A DNA stretch of 46,754 bases from Acidimicrobiia bacterium (lineage in GTDB: Bacteria; Actinomycetota; Acidimicrobiia; Spongiisociales; ZC4RG35): positions 1-46,754 of the forward strand of contig JAZFTT010000038.1 of the NCBI GenBank assembly GCA_036446835.1, in the 5' to 3' direction. The translations under genes and the position numbers were made by a program. Positions 1 through 8,209 of the stretch are shown here, piece by piece. The notes below the pieces were generated by a model. The model saw nothing but the letters and a program-made list of their open reading frames with translations, had not been told where the DNA came from and did not search any database. Numbering within the stretch: position 1 is the first letter of the stretch; the number at the start of each line of letters is the position of its first letter.

Positions 1-120
1 TCGCCGTTGCGCCGACTCACCCATCTTCATAACTGCGCCTTTTCCAAATTGACGCTCTATCTGGCTCATCGCCATCTCGAGTGCTTTGTCACGTTCCACG
101 TTGCGTCCTTCCTGACTCAT
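1..120 (-). CDS. recA: RecA recombinase, 5' end only (gene runs off the left edge)
   Basis: The reverse complement of 1-120 translates to MSQEGRNVERDKALEMAMSQIERQFGKGAVMKMGESAQRR, the conserved RecA N-terminus (QIExQFGKG). ATG at 118-120. The + strand ORF 7..210 is its antisense shadow. Confidence 0.9.
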   Translation of the reverse strand, partial: MSQEGRNVERDKALEMAMSQIERQFGKGAVMKMGESAQRR

Positions 121-168
121 ATCACCAAAACCGTATCGGACCACCCTGACAGATTTGGTGATGCTAGA

Positions 169-184
169 TCGAACATGTGTTCGC
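169..184. promoter_or_regulatory. LexA / SOS box upstream of recA
   Basis: TCGAACATGTGTTCGC matches the actinobacterial/Gram-positive SOS operator TCGAAC-N4-GTTCGA at 11 of 12 positions. It lies about 50 nt upstream of the recA ATG, between the thpR stop and recA. Confidence 0.7.
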
Positions 185-193
185 AAGTTGGAT

Positions 194-742
194 TTACCCG
201 AAAAACGTGAAGGATTCAAGGGGTTCGTATCTGACACCACCTCCGTTGAAACGGCTTTCGTAGACCAAGATCTCATTGCACGACCATCGCAGGTCGAGTT
301 TTTCTGAGGTCAGAGGGCCGATATCCTCGGGTGGACGGATTCGTGACAGGGTGAGATGGGGTTGGTACGGACGCTCCTCCGGTTCGAGGCCGGCGGCTCG
401 GGCAGCCTCTTCGGCAATCTCGTTGAGCCGACCGAGTGTCTCCACACCCTCGATGACATCGACCCAGAGGACGGTCGCTCTTCGTTCGTTGGGAAAGCCT
501 CCCAACGAGCCGAGTCTGATCGGAAACGGGGACACACCTTCGACCCCGCTCATACCAGCGAGGAACCGTTCGTAGGTGACCTCGTCCACGACCCCCAGAA
601 ATCTCAGTGTCAGATGCCAGTTCTCCGGCGGGACCAGCTTGCCGGGAATGCCGAGAACCGATGTCCGGTCGGCCAGCGCCATCCGGATCTCGGGAGGCAG
701 CGGCACCGCGGCAAATACTCGCCCTAGTGGTCTGTCGCTCAA
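194..742 (-). CDS. thpR: RNA 2',3'-cyclic phosphodiesterase (2H phosphoesterase, LigT/ThpR family)
   Basis: Two H-x-T-x motifs are present (WHLTLRFLG and PHLTLSRI). The family normally starts near RVFAAVPLPPEIR, so I chose the in-frame TTG at 742 rather than the ORF maximum at 871. The start is uncertain. Confidence 0.8.
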   Translation of the reverse strand: MSDRPLGRVFAAVPLPPEIRMALADRTSVLGIPGKLVPPENWHLTLRFLGVVDEVTYERFLAGMSGVEGVSPFPIRLGSLGGFPNERRATVLWVDVIEGVETLGRLNEIAEEAARAAGLEPEERPYQPHLTLSRIRPPEDIGPLTSEKLDLRWSCNEILVYESRFNGGGVRYEPLESFTFFG

Positions 743-886
743 TTGATGCCGCGGTGTCACCGGGTAATCGGCGTCAACTGGCCAGGACGCACAACGAAGG
801 CGCAGCCATAGCTGCGTCGAGGCGGAGGACGCCGCCAGGGGCATCGAGGGCCGGTGAGACCGCGTAGCCACTTGGGCAACGGGCCA

Positions 887-2122
887 CTAGCGTCCCCACC
901 ATTTGCCGATCAGCGCCAGACGGATGAGATGCAACGCAGAAGTGACGGCGTAGGTGCGAACCCTTTCCCTATCCCCGACCATGCGCATCTCCTTTGCCTG
1001 TGTGTGCTCAGGAGTTGAGACACCGATGACCATGGTCCCGACCGGTTTCTCCAGCGGCTCCGGGCCCGCCGAACCGGTGACCGACACCACCACATCGGCG
1101 CCAAGCAACTCGCGTCCGCCCCGGGCCATCTCCTCCGCCGTCTCCAGGTCGACAACCGTCGATGCGTCCCTGACGCCGAGCAGACGCTCCTTCAATTCGG
1201 AGTGATAGGCAAGTATGCCACCGCGAGTAACGGCCGACTAGCCTGGCAGGGAGGTTAGTGGTGCGGTCACCAGGCCACCCGTCATCGACTCTGCCGCGGC
1301 GATGGTGTAGTCGAGTTCGGTGAGCAACTTGAAAATGACTCTCTCGATGGTTTCGTCATCGGTGCCAAACAGGACCGAGCCCATCCGGGACCTGACCTCG
1401 GTCTCCATCGGCTCGATCAGTTTCAATGCCGAGGCTCTGTCATCGGCCTTGGCGGTAATTCGAATCTTGATCTCGCCTCCGGAAGCGAGAAACGCAAGGG
1501 AGGGGTTGGTCGAGCTGCGATAGATGTCGTCCAGCGAATCGGCGATGTCCGACTCCGAGCGACCCCACGTGCGGAGGAGTCGGCTCGCCAGGACGGCCTT
1601 CTCGCCCGATGCGGCGGAGAGACGCGTAATCACCTCTTCGTGCAACAAGTGCTCCATCTCGGCAGGGACCCCGGGCACACAGAAGATCAGAGTGTCTTCG
1701 TGCTCGATCATCAGTCCCGGCGCGGTGCCCTTCGGGTTCGCCAGAAGCTCTGCACCGGCAGGATGCTCGGCCTGTTGGAGGTTGGACTCGGGCATCTCCC
1801 GGCCTCTGCGCTCCCACCACTCCCGCAGATGATCGGCGTACTCGTCACTGAACTCCATCTCGAGACCGGTAGCCAAACAAACCGCCTCCCTGGTGAGGTC
1901 ATCCTGGGTGGGGCCAATCCCCCCGGTGATGATCACCGCATCGGATCGTTTGATGGCAACTCTGATCGATTCCGCGACGCGAGCCTCATTGTCACCCACA
2001 ACCTGTTGGAAGTGAGCGTCAAAGCCGTGTTCGGCTAGAGCCGAGCCGATTGTCGATGCGTTGGTGTTCGTGATCTGGCCGAGCAGCAACTCGGTGCCGA
2101 CGGCGATTACCTCAACAATCAC
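887..2122 (-). pseudogene. cinA: CinA (MoCF-type N-domain plus PncC-type nicotinamide-nucleotide amidase C-domain), interrupted by an in-frame TAG at 1238-1240
   Basis: ORFs 1238..2179 and 887..1195 are in the same frame. Reading through gives ...AAAESMTGGLVTAPLTSLPG*SAVTRGGILAYHSELKERLLGV..., which is colinear with the PncC core (ESCTGG...GSS..F.GG..Y). The probable start, GTG at 2120-2122, overlaps the rimO stop TGA (GTGA). Confidence 0.8.
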
Positions 2123-3426
2123 AGAACAATGGCTTCCATGTCCGGGCCGTAGACCCCGGTGTACTCGACCTTGACCCATTCCCCCGGCTTGCCCCGGTCG
2201 ACGCGGACAACACCGTCGATCTCGGGAGCGTGCCGATATGAACGCCCCACCGGCACATCGTCTTCGACCTGATCGACGAGAATCTCATCGGCTCGACCCA
2301 GCCACGCCTCGTTGTGTGTGGTTGTGACCTCGTCCTGGATTCCGGAGAGATAGCGGAGTCGCTCCAGCGTCACCTCCCTCGGGACCTGATTGTCCATCGT
2401 GGCCGCAGGGGTGCCCGGTTCGGCCGAGTAGGGGAAGAACCCGGCCCAGTCGAGCCGGGCGTTGTCGAGGAAATCAGCAAGCTCGTCGACATTACCGTCG
2501 GTTTCGCCGGGGAAGCCGACAATGAAAGATGACCTAAGGGCCGACGACGGCTCGAGGTCGCGGATGCGGGACACCAGCGCAAGGTGCTTCTCCGTGTTCC
2601 CCGGACGTTTCATCGCCCTCAGCAACGGCTGGGAGACATGTTGAATGGAGAGATCGAAGTATGGGGCCACCATGACGTTGGACGTCATCTCGTCGAGGAG
2701 ACGGTCGCTGATCTCCCGCGGGTGCAGATAGAGCAGTCGGAGACGACGCAGACCGTCGACATCGGAAAGGAAGGCGAGAAGATCCGGAAGCCCGCCGGGG
2801 GCGTCGATGTCGCGTCCATAGGCTGCGAGATCCTGAGCGACCAGCACCACCTCGCTCACCCCGGAACTCACCAGGCCAACGAGCTCATTCCTGATCTCGG
2901 TCGGGCGTCGTGAACGTTGCTTGCCCCGAATCAGTGGGATAGCGCAGAAGGTGCACGGTTTGTTACATCCTTCGGCCACTTTGAGATACGCGTACGGCAG
3001 GTTTGAAACGGGGCGACCTGTGGCGTGCAGGATGTCCATGATCGGGCGCCGTTTGATGTCTACAGGATGCCAACGCGTCAGGTCATCGAGAACTCCCACC
3101 AGTTCGCCGTAGCGGTCGATCCCGAGAACGGCGTCGACTTCGGGTAGGGCCGACGACACCTCTGTACCGAAACGTTGAGCCATGCAACCGATCACGATCG
3201 ACCGGGCGTCGTCGCGCTTGCGATCTTGGAGGTCGAGGATGGTGTCAACCGACTCGGCCCGGGCCTCTTCAATGAATGCACAGGTGTTGACCATGACCAC
3301 GTCGGCGGTCTCGGGTGAGTCGGCCCAGACGTAACCGGCTTCGGAAAGCATCGCCGTGACCTTTTCCGAGTCGACCTGATTTTTTGCACAGCCAAGCGTT
3401 GTGAGCCATAGGGAAGGGACAGTCAT
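2119..3426 (-). CDS. rimO: Ribosomal protein S12 methylthiotransferase RimO (radical SAM plus TRAM domain)
   Basis: N-terminal LGCAKNQVDSE (UPF0004 domain), radical-SAM motif CNKPCTFCAIP, and a C-terminal TRAM-like domain. Start chosen at MTVPSLWLTTLGC (ATG 3424-3426). Confidence 0.9.
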   Translation of the reverse strand: MTVPSLWLTTLGCAKNQVDSEKVTAMLSEAGYVWADSPETADVVMVNTCAFIEEARAESVDTILDLQDRKRDDARSIVIGCMAQRFGTEVSSALPEVDAVLGIDRYGELVGVLDDLTRWHPVDIKRRPIMDILHATGRPVSNLPYAYLKVAEGCNKPCTFCAIPLIRGKQRSRRPTEIRNELVGLVSSGVSEVVLVAQDLAAYGRDIDAPGGLPDLLAFLSDVDGLRRLRLLYLHPREISDRLLDEMTSNVMVAPYFDLSIQHVSQPLLRAMKRPGNTEKHLALVSRIRDLEPSSALRSSFIVGFPGETDGNVDELADFLDNARLDWAGFFPYSAEPGTPAATMDNQVPREVTLERLRYLSGIQDEVTTTHNEAWLGRADEILVDQVEDDVPVGRSYRHAPEIDGVVRVDRGKPGEWVKVEYTGVYGPDMEAIVL

Positions 3427-3443
3427 CACCGGAGAGCATAAAT

Positions 3444-3463
3444 GCGTGTGCACTTACACACGC
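3444..3463 (-). terminator. Short hairpin between the 84-aa ORF and rimO
   Basis: GCGTGTG-cactta-CACACGC forms a 7-bp stem. On the minus-strand RNA it is followed by AUUUAU. It lies about 20 nt upstream of the rimO ATG and could be a weak terminator or attenuator. Confidence 0.3.
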
Positions 3464-3470
3464 CTGCAAC

Positions 3471-3725
3471 TCAGGAGCGACTCCCTTCGACCACCGCCAG
3501 GAGGTCTGGCGAGTCGACGGCGTCGGCGAGGGTATTCCAGGTGGCGGTGCTCACTCCGCCCTCCTCTTCGATCTCCGCACAGGCCAAATAGATGGCGTCG
3601 GCGAGGGGGCCGACCGCGTGATCGGCGTCGAACGCCTCGGAAACACAGGTGCGAGCCAAGGGGACGTCGCGTCGTCCGATGGCGCGAATCGCTTCTTCGG
3701 CGGAAGCCCTGGCCTTCGCCTCCAC
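3471..3725 (-). CDS. Hypothetical acidic 84-aa protein
   Basis: The ORF has a GTG start 2 nt after the stop of the upstream gene. Composition looks coding-like. No recognisable motif. Confidence 0.45.
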   Translation of the reverse strand: MEAKARASAEEAIRAIGRRDVPLARTCVSEAFDADHAVGPLADAIYLACAEIEEEGGVSTATWNTLADAVDSPDLLAVVEGSRS

Positions 3726-3727
3726 TT

Positions 3728-4783
3728 CTATATCTCGGCGAACAGATACCGGCGGAGAATGTCGAGCTTCTCCTCGCGGTGGGAGGGGTCCAGATACCAG
3801 AGCAGCGCTGCCACCGTGGAAAGAAGAGGGTTACCGTCCTGAGGAGTGAAAGAGAAACCCACGACCTCGTTGCCACTGCGCACCGCCAGGGTTTCCAGGG
3901 CAACAACAGCCTGGCTCATGATCCTTCCGTAGTAGCCGTGGTCGCGGCCAAACGAGAACACCTGATTCGCCGACTTCTTGTGGGTGACCGCGATCCGGGT
4001 ATTGGCCATCAGGCGCTCCCTCACCTCGTCCAACGTGATGTCGTGGTCAAGGATCAGAGAGAAGTGCAACGAGTGCATGTATTGCGAGTTCAGCTTGATC
4101 GCAGACGAGAACACGTTCAGGTCGTATCCCAGCGTGCTGAAGATGTCATGGGCGTCACGGGCGTGATGGGTGCCGAACCTCTCATCGCTATGCGCTCCCA
4201 CCGTCGGACTCGCCACATAGCCCGTGTCCTGGGAAATGTCGTTGGCTCTGCGCATGCACATGAAGCGTCCGTCGATGAGATGATTGGTCCCGTCGGTGTC
4301 CATGCCCAACGCCTTGATGAGCACCGAGATGTTGTGGGTGTTGCAACTCACGATCTGGAGAAACTTGTCGTCCTCCCGAGCCAGCGCCGAGTCGTTGATA
4401 CCCCTTGCGTACTTCTTACCGAAACCGTGCTCTGAGCCCTGGGCCATGAATCCGACGGGCCCGATCGCATCCAGATAGAAATCCTGCTTGTTCTGGTTAC
4501 CGACTGGGGTGCAGTCGATCACCACCGAAGCGCGTTCGATTGCCTCTCGCTTCTCGAACTTCGGCGTGTGACCCAACTCTTCAAAGGTCGACTTCTTGTC
4601 GTCGTCGACGCAGAGAACGGCCCCGCGGCGCACCAGATCCGCTACCTTGGCCCTCTCGGTGATCAGCGGAGTGCGTTTGTGAAAAGTGACCTCATCAAGT
4701 CCGAAGTGGTCTTTGTTGTCGGCCAGGAGACCGATCAGGGGCTCACCGATGGTCCCGGTTCCCACTACGTGGACGATGTTCAT
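3728..4783 (-). CDS. Type II (archaeal-type) glyceraldehyde-3-phosphate / semialdehyde dehydrogenase-like NAD(P) oxidoreductase
   Basis: N-terminal Rossmann motif VVGTGTIGEPL, plus the catalytic-Cys motif IVSCNTHN that resembles the archaeal GAPDH SCNT motif. Length 351 aa. Confidence 0.55.
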   Translation of the reverse strand: MNIVHVVGTGTIGEPLIGLLADNKDHFGLDEVTFHKRTPLITERAKVADLVRRGAVLCVDDDKKSTFEELGHTPKFEKREAIERASVVIDCTPVGNQNKQDFYLDAIGPVGFMAQGSEHGFGKKYARGINDSALAREDDKFLQIVSCNTHNISVLIKALGMDTDGTNHLIDGRFMCMRRANDISQDTGYVASPTVGAHSDERFGTHHARDAHDIFSTLGYDLNVFSSAIKLNSQYMHSLHFSLILDHDITLDEVRERLMANTRIAVTHKKSANQVFSFGRDHGYYGRIMSQAVVALETLAVRSGNEVVGFSFTPQDGNPLLSTVAALLWYLDPSHREEKLDILRRYLFAEI

Positions 4784-4866
4784 GACGGATCCCTCCGGAG
4801 CGGCTGTCGTTTGTTGTCCGGAGAGGAATGATACCTCTCACTCCAGTACCGGGCCGAAACTCTTCC

Positions 4867-4911
4867 TTTGTGAAGATCTACGCGGCCTATGCCCGCGTAG
4901 ATCTTCACAAA
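4867..4911 (-). terminator. Long perfect hairpin immediately after the Rieske-TPP gene stop
   Basis: Arms TTTGTGAAGATCTACGCGG (4867-4885) and CCGCGTAGATCTTCACAAA (4893-4911) surround a 7-nt loop. The hairpin starts 6 nt after the TGA at 4917-4919. There is no U-tract, which fits the I-shaped terminators common in high-GC actinobacteria. Confidence 0.6.
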
Positions 4912-4916
4912 ACGGT

Positions 4917-6869
4917 TCAGACGAGGAGCGGGTCGGTGTCGATGTGCACAAGTGAGGGCCCTTCGTAAGCAAGGGCCGCCATGATGGCCTCGTCCAGACC
5001 CGAAGTGTCCCTCGCCCGGAATCCTCGGCCGCCACATAGCTCGGCGAACCCGGCGAAGTCCGGGTTGTTGAGACTCGTCTGCCACACATCGAACTCGCCA
5101 CCACGCTGCTCCTTGCTGATCTTTCCCAACTCGTCGTTGACAAGGAGAATCAGGGTGATGTCCATCTTGTGTTTCACCGCGGTCGTGAACTCCATGGCGT
5201 ATTGGCCAAATCCGCCGTCACCTGCAATGGCAACCACCTGGCGCTCCCCGCCAACCGCAGCCCACAGACCCATCGCCGCCGGAAAGGCGAAGCCGATCGA
5301 CCCCAGATAACCCGACATCACCACCGACTGGTTCTCCACCTCGAAGTAGCGGCCAAACGAGTAGGTATTGTTGCCGACGTCGACAGCCATCACCGCGTCG
5401 GAGTCGATCAGTCCGGACAGACTGTCGAAGATCGCCGCCGAGTTGACGCCCCGACCCGAATCATCGACCCGGCGGCTGGCTTTCTCCCTCCGCCAGATGT
5501 CCCGGCGCTCCGCCACCTCTTCGGTGCGATCCTCGAATCCACCGCCCCCGGTCATTCGGTTTGCCAGCAGCTCAGCAGTCACCCCGACGTGTCCGAGGAT
5601 CGGAATCTCAACGGGGTGGAATCGGCCAAGGGCCATCGGGTCGTAGTCGATCTGAATAATCGGCTTGTAGTCGGCTATCCCGGTGTGATCCGAAAAAGAG
5701 GCCCCGAACACGATCAGCAGATCGCTCTCATTCATGAACCACGAGGCAACCGGCGTGCCACTTCTCCCGAGGACACCGCACCCGAGCGGATGAGAATCGC
5801 TGATCTGACCTTTTGCCTTGAAAGTGGTGACAACGGGAGCGCCCATGCTTTGGGCGCAGTTGATGATGCGGTCCATCTCGAAACGCGCCCCGGCACCCAC
5901 GATGAAAAGAGGCCTTTCAGATTCGGCGATCTTCGCAGCGGCCGAGTCGAGTACGTCTTCTGGTGGCGCAATCTCGCGCTTGCCTGTTCGCCCGGCGGGA
6001 CCCCCCGCCGGCTCGTTGCTCGGTATCACCTGCACCTCATCAGGAAGCACCAGATGTGCCACGTCGCGTTCGACCAAAGCTGTCTTGCAGGCCAAAGTCA
6101 TGATCTCGGCGTAGTTGCCCCCCGGCAGGACGGTCTCTGAGTAGCGGGCGACATCGGTGAACGCACCTTCCAGGTCGAGATCCTGAAAAGCTCCACGCCC
6201 CTTGGTCTTCGAAGGGACCTGCCCGGAGATGGCGAGAATCGGGGCACGATCCACCTTGGCGTCGTACAGGCCGGTCAACAGGTTCGTCGAGCCAGGGCCG
6301 GCGATTCCGAAACAGGCTGCGAGCTCACCGGTGAGCTTTCCGTAGGCGCTCGCCGCGAAGGACGCTGCACCCTCATGGCGTATCCCGATATAGGTCAGGT
6401 CGCCCCTCGTCTCAGCTTCTCTCATAGCGTCGGCAAAACCGAGGTTGGAGTGGCCGACCATGCCGAAGACATGGGTGACTCCCCAGTTGACCATCGTCTC
6501 CACAAGGACATCGCTGACAGTCCTCTCCCGTTCGTGGTGTGGGGGGAGCGCCACGTAGACGCCGTCGTCGCGGACCTCGGTGGCAAAACATGAGGGGCTG
6601 TCAGAGAACCCCTCCGGGGGCTTCCCGTCTAGTGGGTCGTAGTCGTATCCATGCCATGGGCAGCGAAGCCAACCCTTTTCGATCGATCCCTCGCCAAGCG
6701 GACCACCCTGATGGGGACAGCGGTTGTCAAGAGCGCCGTAGGTTCCGTCGACGTTGGTCAGGGCAAGGCTTCGTCTGCCGACGGTGACCGTCTTCACCCG
6801 TCCCTCAGGGAGATCATCGAGTTCGGCAACTTTGTGCCAGGTGGTGTCGGGATGCAGGCATTGGGTCAT
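4917..6869 (-). CDS. Rieske [2Fe-2S] domain fused to a thiamine-pyrophosphate enzyme (pyruvate oxidase/PoxB- or acetolactate-synthase-like)
   Basis: The N-terminal ~105 aa carry the Rieske motifs CPHQGGPL...CPWHGYDY. The remainder has the ALS/PoxB family layout, including the TPP-binding motif GDGGFGQYAMEF...LLVNDELG. Confidence 0.85.
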   Translation of the reverse strand: MTQCLHPDTTWHKVAELDDLPEGRVKTVTVGRRSLALTNVDGTYGALDNRCPHQGGPLGEGSIEKGWLRCPWHGYDYDPLDGKPPEGFSDSPSCFATEVRDDGVYVALPPHHERERTVSDVLVETMVNWGVTHVFGMVGHSNLGFADAMREAETRGDLTYIGIRHEGAASFAASAYGKLTGELAACFGIAGPGSTNLLTGLYDAKVDRAPILAISGQVPSKTKGRGAFQDLDLEGAFTDVARYSETVLPGGNYAEIMTLACKTALVERDVAHLVLPDEVQVIPSNEPAGGPAGRTGKREIAPPEDVLDSAAAKIAESERPLFIVGAGARFEMDRIINCAQSMGAPVVTTFKAKGQISDSHPLGCGVLGRSGTPVASWFMNESDLLIVFGASFSDHTGIADYKPIIQIDYDPMALGRFHPVEIPILGHVGVTAELLANRMTGGGGFEDRTEEVAERRDIWRREKASRRVDDSGRGVNSAAIFDSLSGLIDSDAVMAVDVGNNTYSFGRYFEVENQSVVMSGYLGSIGFAFPAAMGLWAAVGGERQVVAIAGDGGFGQYAMEFTTAVKHKMDITLILLVNDELGKISKEQRGGEFDVWQTSLNNPDFAGFAELCGGRGFRARDTSGLDEAIMAALAYEGPSLVHIDTDPLLV

Positions 6870-6920
6870 GTCGTGGAAACTAGTGCCCCGACCACCAACG
6901 CTTGCCGCATCCAGAACGGT

Positions 6921-8198
6921 CTAGAACTGGTCCTCTTCGGTGGAGCCGGTGAGGGCGAGGGTTGAGGAGGTGCCGCCGGATATTGCTTGGGAGACCAGGT
7001 CGAAATAGCCGGCGCCCACCTCACGCTGGTGCTTGGTGGCGGTGTACCCCTGCTCCTCCATGGCAAACTCCTGGTTCTGGAGCTCCACGTACGCACTCAT
7101 CCCCGACTCGTTATAGCCGTGCGCCAGTTGGAACATCGAGGCGTTGAGAGTGTGGAATCCGGCCAAAGTGATGAACTGGTAGCGGTATCCCATGATGCCC
7201 AGTTCCTTCTGGAACATGGCGATCGTGTCCTCGTCGAGTTGGGCAGACCAATTGAACGACGGAGAGCAGTTGTAGGCCAGCATCTTGGCAGGGAACTCGG
7301 CATGAATGGCCCCGGCGAACCTTCGAGCCTCGTCGAGGTCGGGCTTGGCAGTCTCACACCAGATCAGGTCGGCGTACGGGGCGTAGGCCAATCCTCTGGC
7401 GATCGCCGAGTCGAGTCCGTCACGAACCTCGAAGAAGCCTTCGGCGGTGCGGACGCCTGTGGTGAACTCGCGGTCGCGGGGATCGACGTCCGAGGTGAGC
7501 AAGGTTGCCGAGTTGGCGTCTGTGCGGGCGACGATGAGGGTCGACACACCGGCAACGTCCGCTGCCAGTCGGGCCGAGCGAAGCGTTCGGACATGCTGGC
7601 TGGTCGGCACTAACACCTTTCCGCCCATGTGGCCGCACTTCTTCTCGGCGGCGAGTTGATCCTCGAAGTGCACACCCGCAGCTCCAGCTTCGATGAAAGA
7701 CTTGGTCAACTCGAATACGCTGAGGGCACCGCCAAAGCCCGCCTCGCCGTCGGCCACGATGGGGACAAACCAATCCATCTCGATGTCTCCCTCGGCCCAA
7801 TGGATCTGGTCGGCGCGACGCAAGGCATTGTTGATCCGCTTCACCATCGCCGACGCCGAGTTGGCCGGGTAGAGCGATTGGTCGGGGTAGACCTCACCCG
7901 CCAGGTTTCCGTCGCCCGCCACCTGCCATCCGGACAGGTAGATCGACTTGAGCCCGGCCTTCACCATCTGAACGGCCTGTCCCCCGCTGAGTGCTCCGAG
8001 GGCGCTTATGTAGTCCTCCGTGGTCAGGAGTCGCCACAGCTTCTGAGACATCCGGTTGGCCAGTGTGTGCTGCTCGCGGATACTGCCCCTCAGACGAACC
8101 ACCTCCTCGGCGGTATAATCGCGAGTGATGCCGTCCCAGCGCGGATTGGTCTTCCAGTCATCGGCTAGGCGGGCAGCCTCATTTGCGAAATGCGACAC
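6921..8198 (-). CDS. aceA: Isocitrate lyase
   Basis: ICL signature KKCGHMGGK. Start is GTG at 8196-8198, preceded by GAAGGAGAG. The resulting 425 aa is a typical length. The longer ORF (to 8510) overlaps aceB and is Arg/Gly-rich. Confidence 0.95.
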   Translation of the reverse strand: MSHFANEAARLADDWKTNPRWDGITRDYTAEEVVRLRGSIREQHTLANRMSQKLWRLLTTEDYISALGALSGGQAVQMVKAGLKSIYLSGWQVAGDGNLAGEVYPDQSLYPANSASAMVKRINNALRRADQIHWAEGDIEMDWFVPIVADGEAGFGGALSVFELTKSFIEAGAAGVHFEDQLAAEKKCGHMGGKVLVPTSQHVRTLRSARLAADVAGVSTLIVARTDANSATLLTSDVDPRDREFTTGVRTAEGFFEVRDGLDSAIARGLAYAPYADLIWCETAKPDLDEARRFAGAIHAEFPAKMLAYNCSPSFNWSAQLDEDTIAMFQKELGIMGYRYQFITLAGFHTLNASMFQLAHGYNESGMSAYVELQNQEFAMEEQGYTATKHQREVGAGYFDLVSQAISGGTSSTLALTGSTEEDQF

Positions 8199-8209
8199 AG
8201 GTCTCTCCT

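Noticed and set aside
7-210. 67-aa + strand ORF at the left edge
   Set aside because: The opposite strand encodes an unmistakable RecA N-terminus (1-120) followed by its LexA box. The + ORF is an antisense shadow.
1238-1240. TAG recoding (pyrrolysine or genetic-code change) as an explanation for the in-frame TAGs at 1238-1240 and 11826-11828
   Set aside because: TAG is the ordinary terminator of many well-supported genes here (ramB, E1 beta, E2, lhr, cofH, M16 peptidase, GAPDH-like). No pyl genes are visible, and the second TAG sits in a gene that also carries frameshifts. Nonsense mutation or sequencing error is the simpler reading.
3401-4435. 344-aa + strand ORF, very Arg/Pro-rich
   Set aside because: It lies antisense to the GAPDH-like gene and rimO 5' region, has low-complexity Arg-rich composition typical of high-GC shadow frames, and has no motifs.
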